The notes: generated from the sequence alone by a model not told the origin. A stretch of DNA of 64,000 bases from Acidobacteriota bacterium (GCA_963664705.1 OY761556.1:6144001-6208000), one strand, 5' to 3'; counted from the first letter of the stretch, positions 9,579 to 19,670 are shown. Translations and numbers: made by a program.

Positions 9579-9730
9579 GCGAGGGCTCCTCTTTTTTCTC
9601 CAGCTTAACAAATTTGCAGCAATGAGAGGGATTGAAAATGAGCGTGAGGCTGCCGGTTAGGCATTTTGGTGTTCGTTCACTGCAGAATGGGGTTATAAGT
9701 CCTGCGGATGTTCATGCACTTCGGGTTGAA

Positions 9731-12667
9731 TTAGTGTGCCAGGGCTTTCAGTTCATCCCATTTCTGACGGAATTTATATGCGGACTGGGCGTCAGGGAAC
9801 CGGAACGTCTGGAAATGACTATCGTCCGATATATTATAAAAATTAATGTTCTTCCCATCGGTTTTCAGTTTCAGCAGCTTGAAGGGGATTCTGAACCCAT
9901 GAGATCCCGAAGAAGGGCTGAACGCAACATCCAAAGAACTCAGCGAAAGAACGCCGCGGCACATTCCGCGGAAGACTCCGTGATCATGATCAAGGGTAAA
10001 CCGTTCTATCTCTTCCGATGCTTTTCTCTGGGCAATCATTTCCTTGTCTGAGTCGGTCATCGTGCGTACGGTCTGTTTCACCGAGTCGTAGACAAGGACG
10101 ACATGCTGTCCTTCTGAATACTCTTGAATTCGCGAAGCAATCGTCCCTCCGCCGTTTTCGATGGCAAGCGTGTGGTTGCCGATGGAAACGGACTCGTTGT
10201 CAAGTTCTCCATCCCTTCCGATCGGCTTGCCATCCAGCAGAAGTGTGGCTTTGGGCCCGAGTCGATGGATCGTGAGCGTTGCTCTGGCCGCCGCCTTGCG
10301 GGTTTCGGCCTGGCGTCGCATATCGGCCAGGCTCGAATCGGCAGGATTCAGTTTCTCAGCGTTGCCCAGGGCGTTGAGCGCCTCGGTATAGTGGTTTTCG
10401 GCCATTGCCGTGGAGTAGCTTTTCAGCTGCCGTTGGATCTCCTGAACTTTGGCGCTGAGATCCTGGGCTCGGGCGCTTCCCGGATTCTCCGCGAGCCAGA
10501 GGCTCAATGCTCCGGAAGCTTCTCCATATTTTCCGTGCGCAAGGAATTCGGACAGTTGACGGGTCCAGTCCTCCTCTTTCTGTCTGAGCATCGTTTTTTG
10601 CTGTTCTTCGTCTTTGCGTCCCTGCTCCTGTAATAGCCTGGCGTTGACCAGTGCCTGCCATCGTTTCCGCAACCCTTGGGCAGCTTCTGGATTGGTCGTC
10701 TGCAGCCTGTCGATTTCCGATTTTGCCATCTGCAGGTTGCCTGAATTGAGCAGTGCATGGATGCGGGCAGTGGTTGCCTCCAGCGGCGCCGGATTTTCAT
10801 TTAGCGATGGTTCTACTACTTCCCCTGCGGCAGAGTTTTGCTTCTGGCTTTCTGCCGTGTCGGGCAGATTTTCTTTTGCCTTCGACGTTGTGTCGCCGGC
10901 AGCTTTGTTCGACAACACGTTCCAACGGCTGGGTGCGAAACGCTGCAAAAGGTTGGTTGAATAAGGCAGGCCGATATTCCATGCATTTCGGATTGATGCC
11001 GCCACTTCGGTGCATAGCACAATATAGCCTGCGGTTGATATGACCAGTATCGAAAGCAATACGACCGCGAAACGATAAGAGGGTTTGGCGCCTTTGCCCG
11101 GCTGCGCTTCCATGGCCGGTTCCTGCACTTTATCCGCCTCAAAGGGTTCCTGTGGCGGATGCGATACCTCCATCGACCCTGTTGGTGCTGCAACCGGGAG
11201 TGGCGGCGGGGCTGGGGATTCCGGTGTTTTTGCCGCCGGAGTCTCGTGCGGGCTTTCCGTTTTCGCATCAACCGGGTGCGGTAGAGGAGCGGGCTGTACC
11301 GGTGCCTCCACGGTCAGTTCCGATTCCAGTTCCTTCGGCTGCTCGGAGACCGGCAGGTCCAGGGCTGTATCCAATGGAAGAGCGATATCATCCCTGGCGA
11401 TGAATTCCGGAATAGGGGAAGGTTCTTCCGATACCGCCGCGAAAAAGTCCATCGCGGCTGGTGGCTCCGCAGATGATTCCATGAAGGTTTTTTCGGGACT
11501 GGGAGGCTGCGGGTCCATGCTATTCGCACGAATGGCAGAATCCAGATCAGATGAAAGAGATATTTCCGGTTCCTCCGGGGGCAGTTGCGGGCAAAGCGAA
11601 TCCAGTGATGGCGGCGCATTGGCTGCTGCCTGAATTGACGGATACTGTTCCATCAGTCTGTTCATCAACTGGTCCAGATAGGCGTAATCGGATTCCCGTT
11701 CTCCGCGCAGCAGCCTTTGAATGTCGTCCATCAGCCTGACCGTATCCGGAGAGGCATTGGGTAGCGCTGCGGCTTTTCGGAGAGGCGAGAGCGAGGCATA
11801 CAGTTCGGAAAGAACGAGCTGGGCATCCTCCGCGATGCTGACCAGGAGCTGTCTGCATTCGCTCGCGAGCTCTTCCGCGCTTTGATAGCGATCTTCCGGA
11901 TTTCTGGACAGGCAGGTTTTTAATATGGTCCAAATGCCGGGAGGCGCATCCGGGAACTTTTCGAACGTCGGAATCGGAGTGTCCGCAATAATGTTATCGA
12001 GAGCCTTGTTGCTGTCTTTGTCGTGAAATGGATGACAATGGGTGATTAGTTCGTAAAAGATAGTTCCCAGCGAAAAGATATCCGACCGCTGATCGCACTT
12101 GTCATGCTGAATCTGTTCCGGGCATAGATAGATGGGCACGCCCCAGCGCACCGCAGGGCGGGGCAGATATTTCATAAGAGCCTGCGCAACTGCAAAATCG
12201 CGAATTTTTGCGGTGCCATCTGGAGCCAGGTGGATCTTTCCGGGCACAAGATCGCGGTGAAGCACACCCTTTTTGTGTGCATGGCTCAAGCCCTCGCTGA
12301 TCTGGATCATGATCGAGAGTTTCTTCTCAACGGGAACAGAGGAATTTTGGGCTATCAGGTTTCCCAGAGTTCCGCTGCCGAGGGATTCCATCGCAATGTA
12401 ATGGGTGGATCCCTCTTTGCCGTGACCGAGTATCCGGGCGATATTGGGATGCTGAAGGCCCTCTACCGCGCGCATTTCGCGACTGAAAAGCTCCTCCACA
12501 TTAGTATCCCAACGAATTCCATCGCATAGGATCCGGATCACCACCGGCGTTCCCATGTCCTGATCAAATCCCCTGTAAACGGGCCCGAGGTAGCCTTCTC
12601 CAATTTTTTCTATAAGGCTGTATCTTTCGACATTCTGTGCGGCTTCAGTCAGAGAGGTTGCCCCCAT
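9731..12667 (-). CDS. Hanks-type Ser/Thr kinase-fold membrane protein (probable pseudokinase) with Pro-rich linker, TM, TPR-like and PEGA-like regions
   Basis: GEGYLG, LQHPNI, HRDL, DFA, CPEQ and SDIFSLG; single TM (FAVVLLSILVISTAGYIVL). Likely start ATG 12667. Confidence 0.85.
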   Translation of the reverse strand: MGATSLTEAAQNVERYSLIEKIGEGYLGPVYRGFDQDMGTPVVIRILCDGIRWDTNVEELFSREMRAVEGLQHPNIARILGHGKEGSTHYIAMESLGSGTLGNLIAQNSSVPVEKKLSIMIQISEGLSHAHKKGVLHRDLVPGKIHLAPDGTAKIRDFAVAQALMKYLPRPAVRWGVPIYLCPEQIQHDKCDQRSDIFSLGTIFYELITHCHPFHDKDSNKALDNIIADTPIPTFEKFPDAPPGIWTILKTCLSRNPEDRYQSAEELASECRQLLVSIAEDAQLVLSELYASLSPLRKAAALPNASPDTVRLMDDIQRLLRGERESDYAYLDQLMNRLMEQYPSIQAAANAPPSLDSLCPQLPPEEPEISLSSDLDSAIRANSMDPQPPSPEKTFMESSAEPPAAMDFFAAVSEEPSPIPEFIARDDIALPLDTALDLPVSEQPKELESELTVEAPVQPAPLPHPVDAKTESPHETPAAKTPESPAPPPLPVAAPTGSMEVSHPPQEPFEADKVQEPAMEAQPGKGAKPSYRFAVVLLSILVISTAGYIVLCTEVAASIRNAWNIGLPYSTNLLQRFAPSRWNVLSNKAAGDTTSKAKENLPDTAESQKQNSAAGEVVEPSLNENPAPLEATTARIHALLNSGNLQMAKSEIDRLQTTNPEAAQGLRKRWQALVNARLLQEQGRKDEEQQKTMLRQKEEDWTRQLSEFLAHGKYGEASGALSLWLAENPGSARAQDLSAKVQEIQRQLKSYSTAMAENHYTEALNALGNAEKLNPADSSLADMRRQAETRKAAARATLTIHRLGPKATLLLDGKPIGRDGELDNESVSIGNHTLAIENGGGTIASRIQEYSEGQHVVLVYDSVKQTVRTMTDSDKEMIAQRKASEEIERFTLDHDHGVFRGMCRGVLSLSSLDVAFSPSSGSHGFRIPFKLLKLKTDGKNINFYNISDDSHFQTFRFPDAQSAYKFRQKWDELKALAH

Positions 12668-12802
12668 AGTCTGCCTGCTCCTTTTCCGGCTAATCAATAA
12701 CGGTAGTTTTCGGCTAAAACGAGGTTGGTCATGGTGATGTATATCACTGACTCGTGGGAGAGGTCCTAAGCCTGCCTGCCTGAGGAGTGCTTGATTTTAA
12801 TA

Positions 12803-13198
12803 ATGTTATCCGAAGACAGCTCCGATCAGACAAATATCACGGAGGATATAAAGCCTGTGGCCATTACAAGCAGGGTACTGCGCGATCAGCGAAGGATCTC
12901 GCGCGTTCCCACAAATTTTCGTTGCCATTTCAAATATGAAGGCAATAGCCGTGAGGCGACTGTGATTGATCTTTCGATCAATGGGGCTCTTCTCTCTTCG
13001 AGATTCATGCCTCCGATTGGCAGCCAGGTTTCGGTAAGCCTGAAGCCGCCAGCATCGAAAGATGTCATAGAAATGGATGCCAAGGTGATCCGTGGTGGAT
13101 GGGGATTTTCGGAACACGGAGCAATCGGCAAATTCGGTGTCCGCTTTGCTCATGCTTCGCCCCAATTGATAGCACTGATTCCTAAACTAAACAGATAA
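12803..13198 (+). CDS. PilZ domain protein
   Basis: QRRISR (RxxxR) and DLSING (DxSxxG) c-di-GMP motifs, FGVRF at the end. Start uncertain (12791 or 12803). Confidence 0.85.
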   Translation: MLSEDSSDQTNITEDIKPVAITSRVLRDQRRISRVPTNFRCHFKYEGNSREATVIDLSINGALLSSRFMPPIGSQVSVSLKPPASKDVIEMDAKVIRGGWGFSEHGAIGKFGVRFAHASPQLIALIPKLNR

Positions 13199-13205
13199 GG
13201 AGAAA

Positions 13206-13658
13206 GTGAAAAGGCTGGTCCATATGGATCGGAGTTTTTGGGAGGATGTTGGAATGCCTGCGATTACTGTCATGGAAGATGAGAACATCAGCATGTGGTT
13301 TCATCCCGAAAGCAAAATACTGCATCATCAAACGCACCAATTTTTCAGCGGGAAACCATTTCGCGATGCTTTGAATAAAGGCGTAGAAACATTTGAAAGA
13401 TTCGGCGCCCAAAAATGGCTGTCCGATGATCGAGAGACGCCATCACTGGCTAACGAAGACCTGGATTGGGGAGACAGGGACTGGTTCCCCCGGGTCGCAA
13501 AATTGGGGTGGAAATACTGGGCAATTGTCATGCCGGAGAATTCGGTCGGCCAACGCACCCTGACGCGTCTTGCTGAAAACTATTCAGCCCGCGGCGTTGT
13601 CACCCGGTTTTTCACTTCCTCTGAAGAAGCCCAAAAGTGGCTGGAAGATTGTATGTAA
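13206..13658 (+). CDS. STAS/SpoIIAA-like small protein
   Basis: KWLSDDR, WFPRVAKLGWKYWAIVMP and FTSSEEAQKWL are typical of SpoIIAA-like proteins; start uncertain. Confidence 0.7.
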   Translation: MKRLVHMDRSFWEDVGMPAITVMEDENISMWFHPESKILHHQTHQFFSGKPFRDALNKGVETFERFGAQKWLSDDRETPSLANEDLDWGDRDWFPRVAKLGWKYWAIVMPENSVGQRTLTRLAENYSARGVVTRFFTSSEEAQKWLEDCM

Positions 13659-13668
13659 TATTTGCCGG

Positions 13669-13696
13669 TTCGCCGTTTTCGATGCGAGACGGCGAA
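13669..13696. terminator. Hairpin between convergent genes
   Basis: GGTTCGCCGT...ACGGCGAACC inverted repeat (coordinates approximate). Confidence 0.55.
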
Positions 13697-13716
13697 CCGA
13701 GCTATTCCTCACTCAT

Positions 13717-14916
13717 TCAAATCCTTGGAATAATCCCCAGCTTAGCCAGAATGCGAAATAGAAGAGATGCCGACGTCTCTTTCCGTATGCGCTGAAGCTC
13801 TCCATTCGCCTGGTTGGCGTGAGCGCGCTCCGTGGCAACGTCCCCCTCCAAAGAACGGGCCCAGACCGTTCGGTTGTCCAAATCGTTCTGCAAAGAACAG
13901 ATATGCGCTGCGCGCATCTCCAACTCTTTTTCCATGGAGCGAATCCACTTCGTTCGACTCTCCAGGTCCTGCTGCAGCGACTCAATGGATTCCGACTGCC
14001 GGTTGATTTGGCTGGTGAGGCTCGCGGCCCAGCCATTGCTTTCTTCCAGTTGCTGCTGAAGTTCGCGGATCAACTCACGCTTTTCCTGAACGTCTTTGTT
14101 TAATTGCTGCGCCCATCGCGAAAACCCCTTCGTTTGATCCGAGCTCGTAATATCCAGGTAAAACGAGTTGCTTTCATCAAAGACGGTTGAGGGGATCGGT
14201 TCATTGCTGCAGATCGCGACCAGGTACAGGGGTTGGGAGAAAGAAGATTCTTTCGGAATCTCTTCCAGCAGATCATTCCGGACATGAAAATGGAATGGCG
14301 CATCCTGCCGGTTGCCCGGTTGCCACATCGTCGATAGCGTCAAAACGCGTTGAGCACAAAGATGGACATGCTTAAAGTACTTCCCCAGGAATTCCAGAAA
14401 TTCAGGGAGCGTCATCTCGTGCTTGTGATATTCATTCTTTGCCGGATAGGTCTCTGCGTATTCGATTTTTTCCGGGGATGAGATCAGGAAGAGGCCGTCT
14501 CGCTTCAAAGTGTGTTGGATGTTTGCCAGAAAACGATCCTGAGTGTCGGGATCGAGGTGTTCAAGCAGTTCGAAGCTGACCGCAATGTCGAAGTCGGATT
14601 GTTCCGGCGCCGTATCACAACTCCCAGCTTCAAAGGACAGGTTTGGGATCGCTGCATATGTTTTTCGAGCGTGTTCCACCGCTTTGACATCGATGTCGAT
14701 CCCAAGGACCGATTGTGCGAATTTCGCCAAAAAGGCGCTGCCGTATCCTTCTCCGCAAGCGCAATCGAGTACTTTCTTCTGATTAACGAACCTCGAAGCG
14801 AAGTAGTAGCGATGGTAATGCTCGAGTGCAAGGATCGGATCTGTCTGGTGGGGGATAAATCGTTCGCCCGTGAAAACAAGCTCGTCTTTTGGATCTTGCC
14901 CGTCACGCGGCGCCAT
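13717..14916 (-). CDS. SAM-dependent methyltransferase with C-terminal coiled coil (polysaccharide-capping type)
   Basis: FTGERFIP, EHYHRY, LDCACGEGYG and FELLEH; C-terminal ~100 aa of heptad coiled coil ending in an amphipathic tail. Confidence 0.85.
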   Translation of the reverse strand: MAPRDGQDPKDELVFTGERFIPHQTDPILALEHYHRYYFASRFVNQKKVLDCACGEGYGSAFLAKFAQSVLGIDIDVKAVEHARKTYAAIPNLSFEAGSCDTAPEQSDFDIAVSFELLEHLDPDTQDRFLANIQHTLKRDGLFLISSPEKIEYAETYPAKNEYHKHEMTLPEFLEFLGKYFKHVHLCAQRVLTLSTMWQPGNRQDAPFHFHVRNDLLEEIPKESSFSQPLYLVAICSNEPIPSTVFDESNSFYLDITSSDQTKGFSRWAQQLNKDVQEKRELIRELQQQLEESNGWAASLTSQINRQSESIESLQQDLESRTKWIRSMEKELEMRAAHICSLQNDLDNRTVWARSLEGDVATERAHANQANGELQRIRKETSASLLFRILAKLGIIPRI

Positions 14917-14947
14917 TCGGTTGTTCCTTTCCTGGATATTTTACAGC

Positions 14948-14998
14948 GCGTGGAATCCGCGGCAAATTGAAGGCCTTCCTTTGCCACGAATTCCATGC
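14948..14998. repeat. REP-like palindrome, family A (core GGAATTCGTGGCA)
   Basis: GCGTGGAATCCGCGGCAAA...TTTGCCACGAATTCCATGC imperfect inverted repeat. Confidence 0.6.
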
Positions 14999-15022
14999 AT
15001 AACCTTAGATTATCTTTGGTGA

Positions 15023-16480
15023 TCAGTTTGCCCGCTTCAGAATTTCAAGCAGGAATTGCCAGAAGCGTTCCACCGTATCGATATAGATTTTTTCGTCCGG
15101 TGAATGAACGGCTTCAAGCGTTGGGCCCATCGAAACCATATCCATTCCTGGAAAGCGTTCGCCGATGATGCCGCATTCCAGTCCGGCGTGAATGGCTTTC
15201 ACTTCGGGGTCTTTCCCGTAAAGCGCTCGGAACGCAGTTTTCGCAGTCGCGAGGATTGGCGAATCCATATTCGGCTTCCAGCCCGGATAGGCATCCGTGT
15301 GGCCGACCTCGGCTCCGCCTAATTCGAAAACGAAAGAGACGCTTTGGGCGATCTCCGCGATTTCGGAGGCCACCGAACTGCGCTGGCTGGTCGCAATCCG
15401 GATCGTGTCTTTGATCGTTTTCACCACGGCGACATTGGTGGATGTTTCCACCAGCCCCGGGATGTCGGCGCTCATTTTGATCACACCGTGGGGAAGAGAA
15501 GCGATGGTCTTCAAGATCTTCTGCTGTTCTGCTTTTCGGATGACCTTCCACTTCTTCCGTGAATTGAGTTTTTCGAACGAAACTGCAAGGTCCGGTTCGA
15601 TCGTCGACAGTTCGGCTTTTACGGTCGCCGCGATCGCTCCCACGATGCGGCCGGCTTCCTCTGCTTTCTTGACCGGCACAAGCAATACGGTTTCGCTTTC
15701 GCGAGGAATTGCATTATGTTTGTTTCCGCCGTCGATGGAAGCAAGGCGGGCGCCAGCCGGATCGAGAGCCAGGAGTATTCGGTTCAGGATTTTGATGGCG
15801 TTGCCGCGTCCTTTGTCGATATCGAGGCCGGAATGACCTCCCTTCAATCCGGAAATGCGGAGCTGCATCGGGATCATCGACGCGCCTGGCTCGTCGAAAT
15901 GGAGCTTCCATGTTCCAAGCGTGTCTTTGCCGCCTGAGCAGCCCACGTAGAGAGCCCCCTCTTCTTCCGAGTCCATGTTCAATAATGTTTTGCTCTCGAG
16001 GAAATCCGGTTGGAGATTGGCTGCCCCGGTCAGTCCCGTTTCTTCGTCAACCGTGAAGAGCAACTCCAGGGGACCGTGTTCAAGCGTGCGGTCTTCCATG
16101 ATTGCCAGGCTGGTTGCTACCGCAATCCCGTTATCCGCGCCGAGGGTTGTTCCTTTGGCCATCAGGATATTTCCGTTCCGGACGAGCTCAATCGGGTCCC
16201 TGAGGAAATCATGAACGGTATCTTTGTTCTTTTCGCAGACCATATCCAGATGGCCCTGCAGGGCGATTGAACGTGCATTCCCCCGGTTTGCAGAGGCCGG
16301 TTTTCGAACCACAACATTTCCAAGTTTGTCGGCCTTGGCTTCGAGACCCAGTTTTTTGGCTGTGGCAAGAACATATTTCGTAATGGCAGTCTCGTTTTTC
16401 GAGCCGCGAGGAATGCGCGAGATCTCGGCAAAGTACTTCCAGACCAGTTCAGGTTTCAAACCTTTAATTGCGGTGGACAT
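15023..16480 (-). CDS. pepD: Aminoacyl-histidine dipeptidase (M20)
   Basis: LQGHLDMVCEK, TLGADNGI, DEETG, GGHSG, IHAGLECG and HSPDE. Confidence 0.95.
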   Translation of the reverse strand: MSTAIKGLKPELVWKYFAEISRIPRGSKNETAITKYVLATAKKLGLEAKADKLGNVVVRKPASANRGNARSIALQGHLDMVCEKNKDTVHDFLRDPIELVRNGNILMAKGTTLGADNGIAVATSLAIMEDRTLEHGPLELLFTVDEETGLTGAANLQPDFLESKTLLNMDSEEEGALYVGCSGGKDTLGTWKLHFDEPGASMIPMQLRISGLKGGHSGLDIDKGRGNAIKILNRILLALDPAGARLASIDGGNKHNAIPRESETVLLVPVKKAEEAGRIVGAIAATVKAELSTIEPDLAVSFEKLNSRKKWKVIRKAEQQKILKTIASLPHGVIKMSADIPGLVETSTNVAVVKTIKDTIRIATSQRSSVASEIAEIAQSVSFVFELGGAEVGHTDAYPGWKPNMDSPILATAKTAFRALYGKDPEVKAIHAGLECGIIGERFPGMDMVSMGPTLEAVHSPDEKIYIDTVERFWQFLLEILKRAN

Positions 16481-16655
16481 CGGTACCTCCTCCTCAACCT
16501 GCGAGGACCTGGATTAGGTTTCCTGACAGCCGGCAATGGCTGTCAATATATATAGACGCTTCAATGATAGCCGATTCTCAGGTGCGCGATCAGCATCTTT
16601 GTGATAATACATTGAAATCAACATATCACGGCTCGTCCGGTTGGGAGAAAACGCT

Positions 16656-18437
16656 ATGGCACAGACATCGGCTCAAGCCCGTACATCACGCACCGTAACA
16701 GTCCTTGACCCCCGTGGGCAGCCCACGGCGGTAGTGCAGCCTTTACCGCTCGCACCCAGGCTCAATACGCTGGATGGGAAGACGGTGTATATGGTGGATA
16801 TTGGGTTTGGCGGCGGCTACGACTTCCTGGAGGAAGCGGCTGGCTGGCTGTACAGAAATATTCCTGCCATCAAGATTGAGCTTCGGCATAAGCGGGGGAA
16901 TATGTTCCTCGATGATCCGGAGCTTTGGGTGGAGATAAAGGACAAGGGAGATGCCGTTATTTTCGGCGTTGGTGGCTGAGATGGCTGCACGGCGAGTGTC
17001 GCCGATCATTGCAGAGTCCTCGAAACGAAATATGGCGTTCCCACCGCTCCCATGGCCAGTGCACGATTTGCGGAGTTTGCCGCAACGGATGCCTTGAACC
17101 ACGGGATGAGTCTCCGGTTTACCTTCCCTCCTTACCCTCTCGTGGGAAGGCCTAGGGAAGTATTGCGGCAATACGTGGAAGGCAGGGATCCTGTCACGGG
17201 GAGGCCGTTGATGCCCCAGGTCGTGGATGCATTGACGCAGCCGCTGACCGAACCCGAGAAAAACCCACCGGCACGAAGGGGCGCCTCCAGGCCGCGGCTG
17301 TTGGCACCGGATACGGAAGAAAACCTGAGGCAGCTCTTTCTGGAGAATGACTGGACGGATGGACTGCCTATCATCCTGCCGACCGAAGAGCGTGTCGAGC
17401 ATATGTTGACCGGAACGGCTGCCGATCCAACCGAGGTCGTCGGGCGAATGACTATTACCACCCTCCAGGAAAAGCTGGAGTATACGGTGGAGAAGGTCGC
17501 GGTGAATGCTGTAATGGCAGGAGCCGGCCCGGAGCATTTGCCTGTAATCCTAGCCCTGGCCGCCAGCCAGGAAGGATCGATGCCGAGTTCGACGACATCC
17601 TTTGCCCGCATGGCATTCGTAAATGGGCCAGTCAGGGATGAGATTGGGATGAACTGCGGCCTGGGAGCGCTGAGCCCGTTCAATCATGCGAATGCCGTAA
17701 TCGGAAGGGCATGGACGCTGATGACCATCAATCTGGGTGATTCCAGGCTGGGCGAGACGTTCATGGGTTCGACCGGCAGCCCGATGAACTATAACAACAT
17801 GTGTTTCGCGGAAAATGAGGAAAGAAGCGTTTGGGAGCCCTATCATGTGCGCAAGGGTTTCCGGAAGGATGAGAGTGTTATCAGTATCTTCCGGGGTTGG
17901 AGCGCCATTAACAGCATGGGAGCCGCCGGCTGTTGCCGTCCGGCCCACGAAGAAATGCTGATGCTTCTGCAGGCATTCCCGGCATTGACTGGTGCGATCA
18001 CTTTTGTCATGGATCCGCTGGTTGCCAGGCATTTGAAAGAACAAGGATTCCACTCTCCACTCCAACTGGGCGAGTGGATCTCGAAAAATTTCAAGATGAC
18101 CGTCGGGCAGTACTTTGGGTCCGACCTTGTGTATTCTTTTGGCAATCCCCTTGCCAGGGACGGTGTCGAGCCGTATGCGTCCTGGTGGAAGCTGCCGAAA
18201 GATACTCTTATCGCACCCTATCTCCGGCCGGAGCTCATCGATTCCGTGGTCGTCGGCGGGGAAACCCAGGCGCTATGGTTTACCACGGACATGAATTGGA
18301 CGCAGACTCTGTCGATTGACAAATGGCGCCCCAAGACGGGCATTTATCAAAGAGATGAGCAGGCGGAACGGCGTCGCTATGCGCGTCAGAAAAGGCACGC
18401 CGCAGCCCTGAATGCCAGCGGCTACGATTTGAAGTAA
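16656..18437 (+). CDS. UGSC-family-like selenoprotein (593 aa; Sec at codon 108, TGA 16977-16979, U-D-G-C motif)
   Basis: ORFs 16641..16979 and 17052..18437 are in the same frame, separated only by TGA. Readthrough gives DAVIFGVGG-U-DGCTASVADHCRVLETKYGVPTA; the C-terminal domain has WTDGLPIILPTEERV. GGAG RBS before ATG 16656. Confidence 0.85.
16980..17014 (+). promoter_or_regulatory. Bacterial SECIS-like stem-loop
   Basis: Lower stem CTGCA (16985-89)/TGCAG (17010-14), upper stem CGGCGA (16990-95)/TCGCCG (16999-17004), apical GTG with its G 17 nt after the UGA. Confidence 0.7.
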
Positions 18438-18451
18438 ACGCTGCAATACGC

Positions 18452-18484
18452 GAAATCCGCGGCTGACACAAAGCCGCGGATTTC
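18452..18484. repeat. REP-like palindrome (family A variant), possible bidirectional terminator
   Basis: GAAATCCGCGGCT...AGCCGCGGATTTC perfect 13-bp inverted repeat between convergent genes. Confidence 0.6.
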
Positions 18485-19502
18485 ATGCATTATTTTTTCC
18501 AACGATTTCGAGCTGAAATCCGCCCAGTTGATTCTGGGTGGCAAAGTAGCATGCCGTGACGGCATGATCTTTGATAGTCGCCCTGAATTCGGATTCAATG
18601 CCGGCCCTTTTCATTGCACCCACGACTTCGGCATAATCCCCCTGAATCCCGAAGCTCACATGCTGGATGCCATTTCCCTTCCTGTCCAGGAATCGTTGAT
18701 GACAGCCGCCCGGCCGTATTCCGATGGGCCGGATTACTTCAATTTGAAGATCTCCCAGAGAGCCCATTGCGAAAGCGACATCCAGGGACTCCATTTCCGG
18801 TGCCTGAACCGGTTTCTCATCCATGTAGGCATCGATAAGGTTGGGGGGGCCGTAGTCATAGGTCCAGCCTTTTATGCCCAATAGCCTCTCGAATCCCTGG
18901 GCCGCGCTCTTCTCATCCTTTACCACGAGGCCAACCTGGTTAATCTTTTTTCCACCTGAAAGGATGGGATGGTCCATTCTGGCAACGCCGGGGCCATCAG
19001 GCAGCACAACGCCAACCTGTTCGATATATCTCTTGCCCGATGCGCCCTCCGGGCTGGCAAACTCAATCCTGCACCCGAGTTCGTCGGTTGTATCCATTAT
19101 TGAAAAGCGCGAGCTATGATCACAATCTCCCTGCATTTCGAGGCTGACGCCCGCATTGGTCAGCGCGCTCACCACGGCATCGTGATTTTGCAGCGTGCCC
19201 AGACCGATTGTGTAGAAACCTTCGCCGCTTTGCTCGAGGAATTCCGAGTAGGCGCATCGGCCCGATACCGGTTGGATCAACTTAATGGACCGGCCTCCAA
19301 AGTTTCCGATGGCCATGCGCATATCACAGCCTTCATCCGTTTGATGATTGTGAAGGATGGTATTGCTGAGACGAAGGGAGTAGAGCTTCAGGCGTACTCC
19401 AAAAATCTGGGCAAAGCGTTTGGCCGTTTTCTCGGCATCCTTAACCACCACGCTGAACTGAACAATCTTTTCATGACTCAGATCTACAACGCTGTTGCCC
19501 AT
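18483..19502 (-). CDS. Tandem-domain VOC (methylmalonyl-CoA epimerase/glyoxalase-like) protein
   Basis: Two repeats beginning IVQFSVVVKD and INQVGLVVKD; QIEVIRP, FLDRKGNGIQHVSF and QLEIV in the second domain. Confidence 0.85.
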   Translation of the reverse strand: MGNSVVDLSHEKIVQFSVVVKDAEKTAKRFAQIFGVRLKLYSLRLSNTILHNHQTDEGCDMRMAIGNFGGRSIKLIQPVSGRCAYSEFLEQSGEGFYTIGLGTLQNHDAVVSALTNAGVSLEMQGDCDHSSRFSIMDTTDELGCRIEFASPEGASGKRYIEQVGVVLPDGPGVARMDHPILSGGKKINQVGLVVKDEKSAAQGFERLLGIKGWTYDYGPPNLIDAYMDEKPVQAPEMESLDVAFAMGSLGDLQIEVIRPIGIRPGGCHQRFLDRKGNGIQHVSFGIQGDYAEVVGAMKRAGIESEFRATIKDHAVTACYFATQNQLGGFQLEIVGKNNA

Positions 19503-19670
19503 GAAGCCTCCCTGACTCGAATAATTGATACACCGGATAGAATGGATCTATACTCTCCGCAGCAATACTTGCTGTCAATAGAACTGAATTGATTTGTTTG
19601 CGGGAGTCTATGGAATTCGTGGCCGGCCTTTTCCACGCTTTTTTCTCACGGACGTCAACGAGGTGCCTTT

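Noticed and set aside
12734-16629. GTGAT...ATCAC palindromes at 12734-12747 and 16601-16629
   Set aside because: Spacing differs between the two and the arms are short, so a shared operator cannot be supported.
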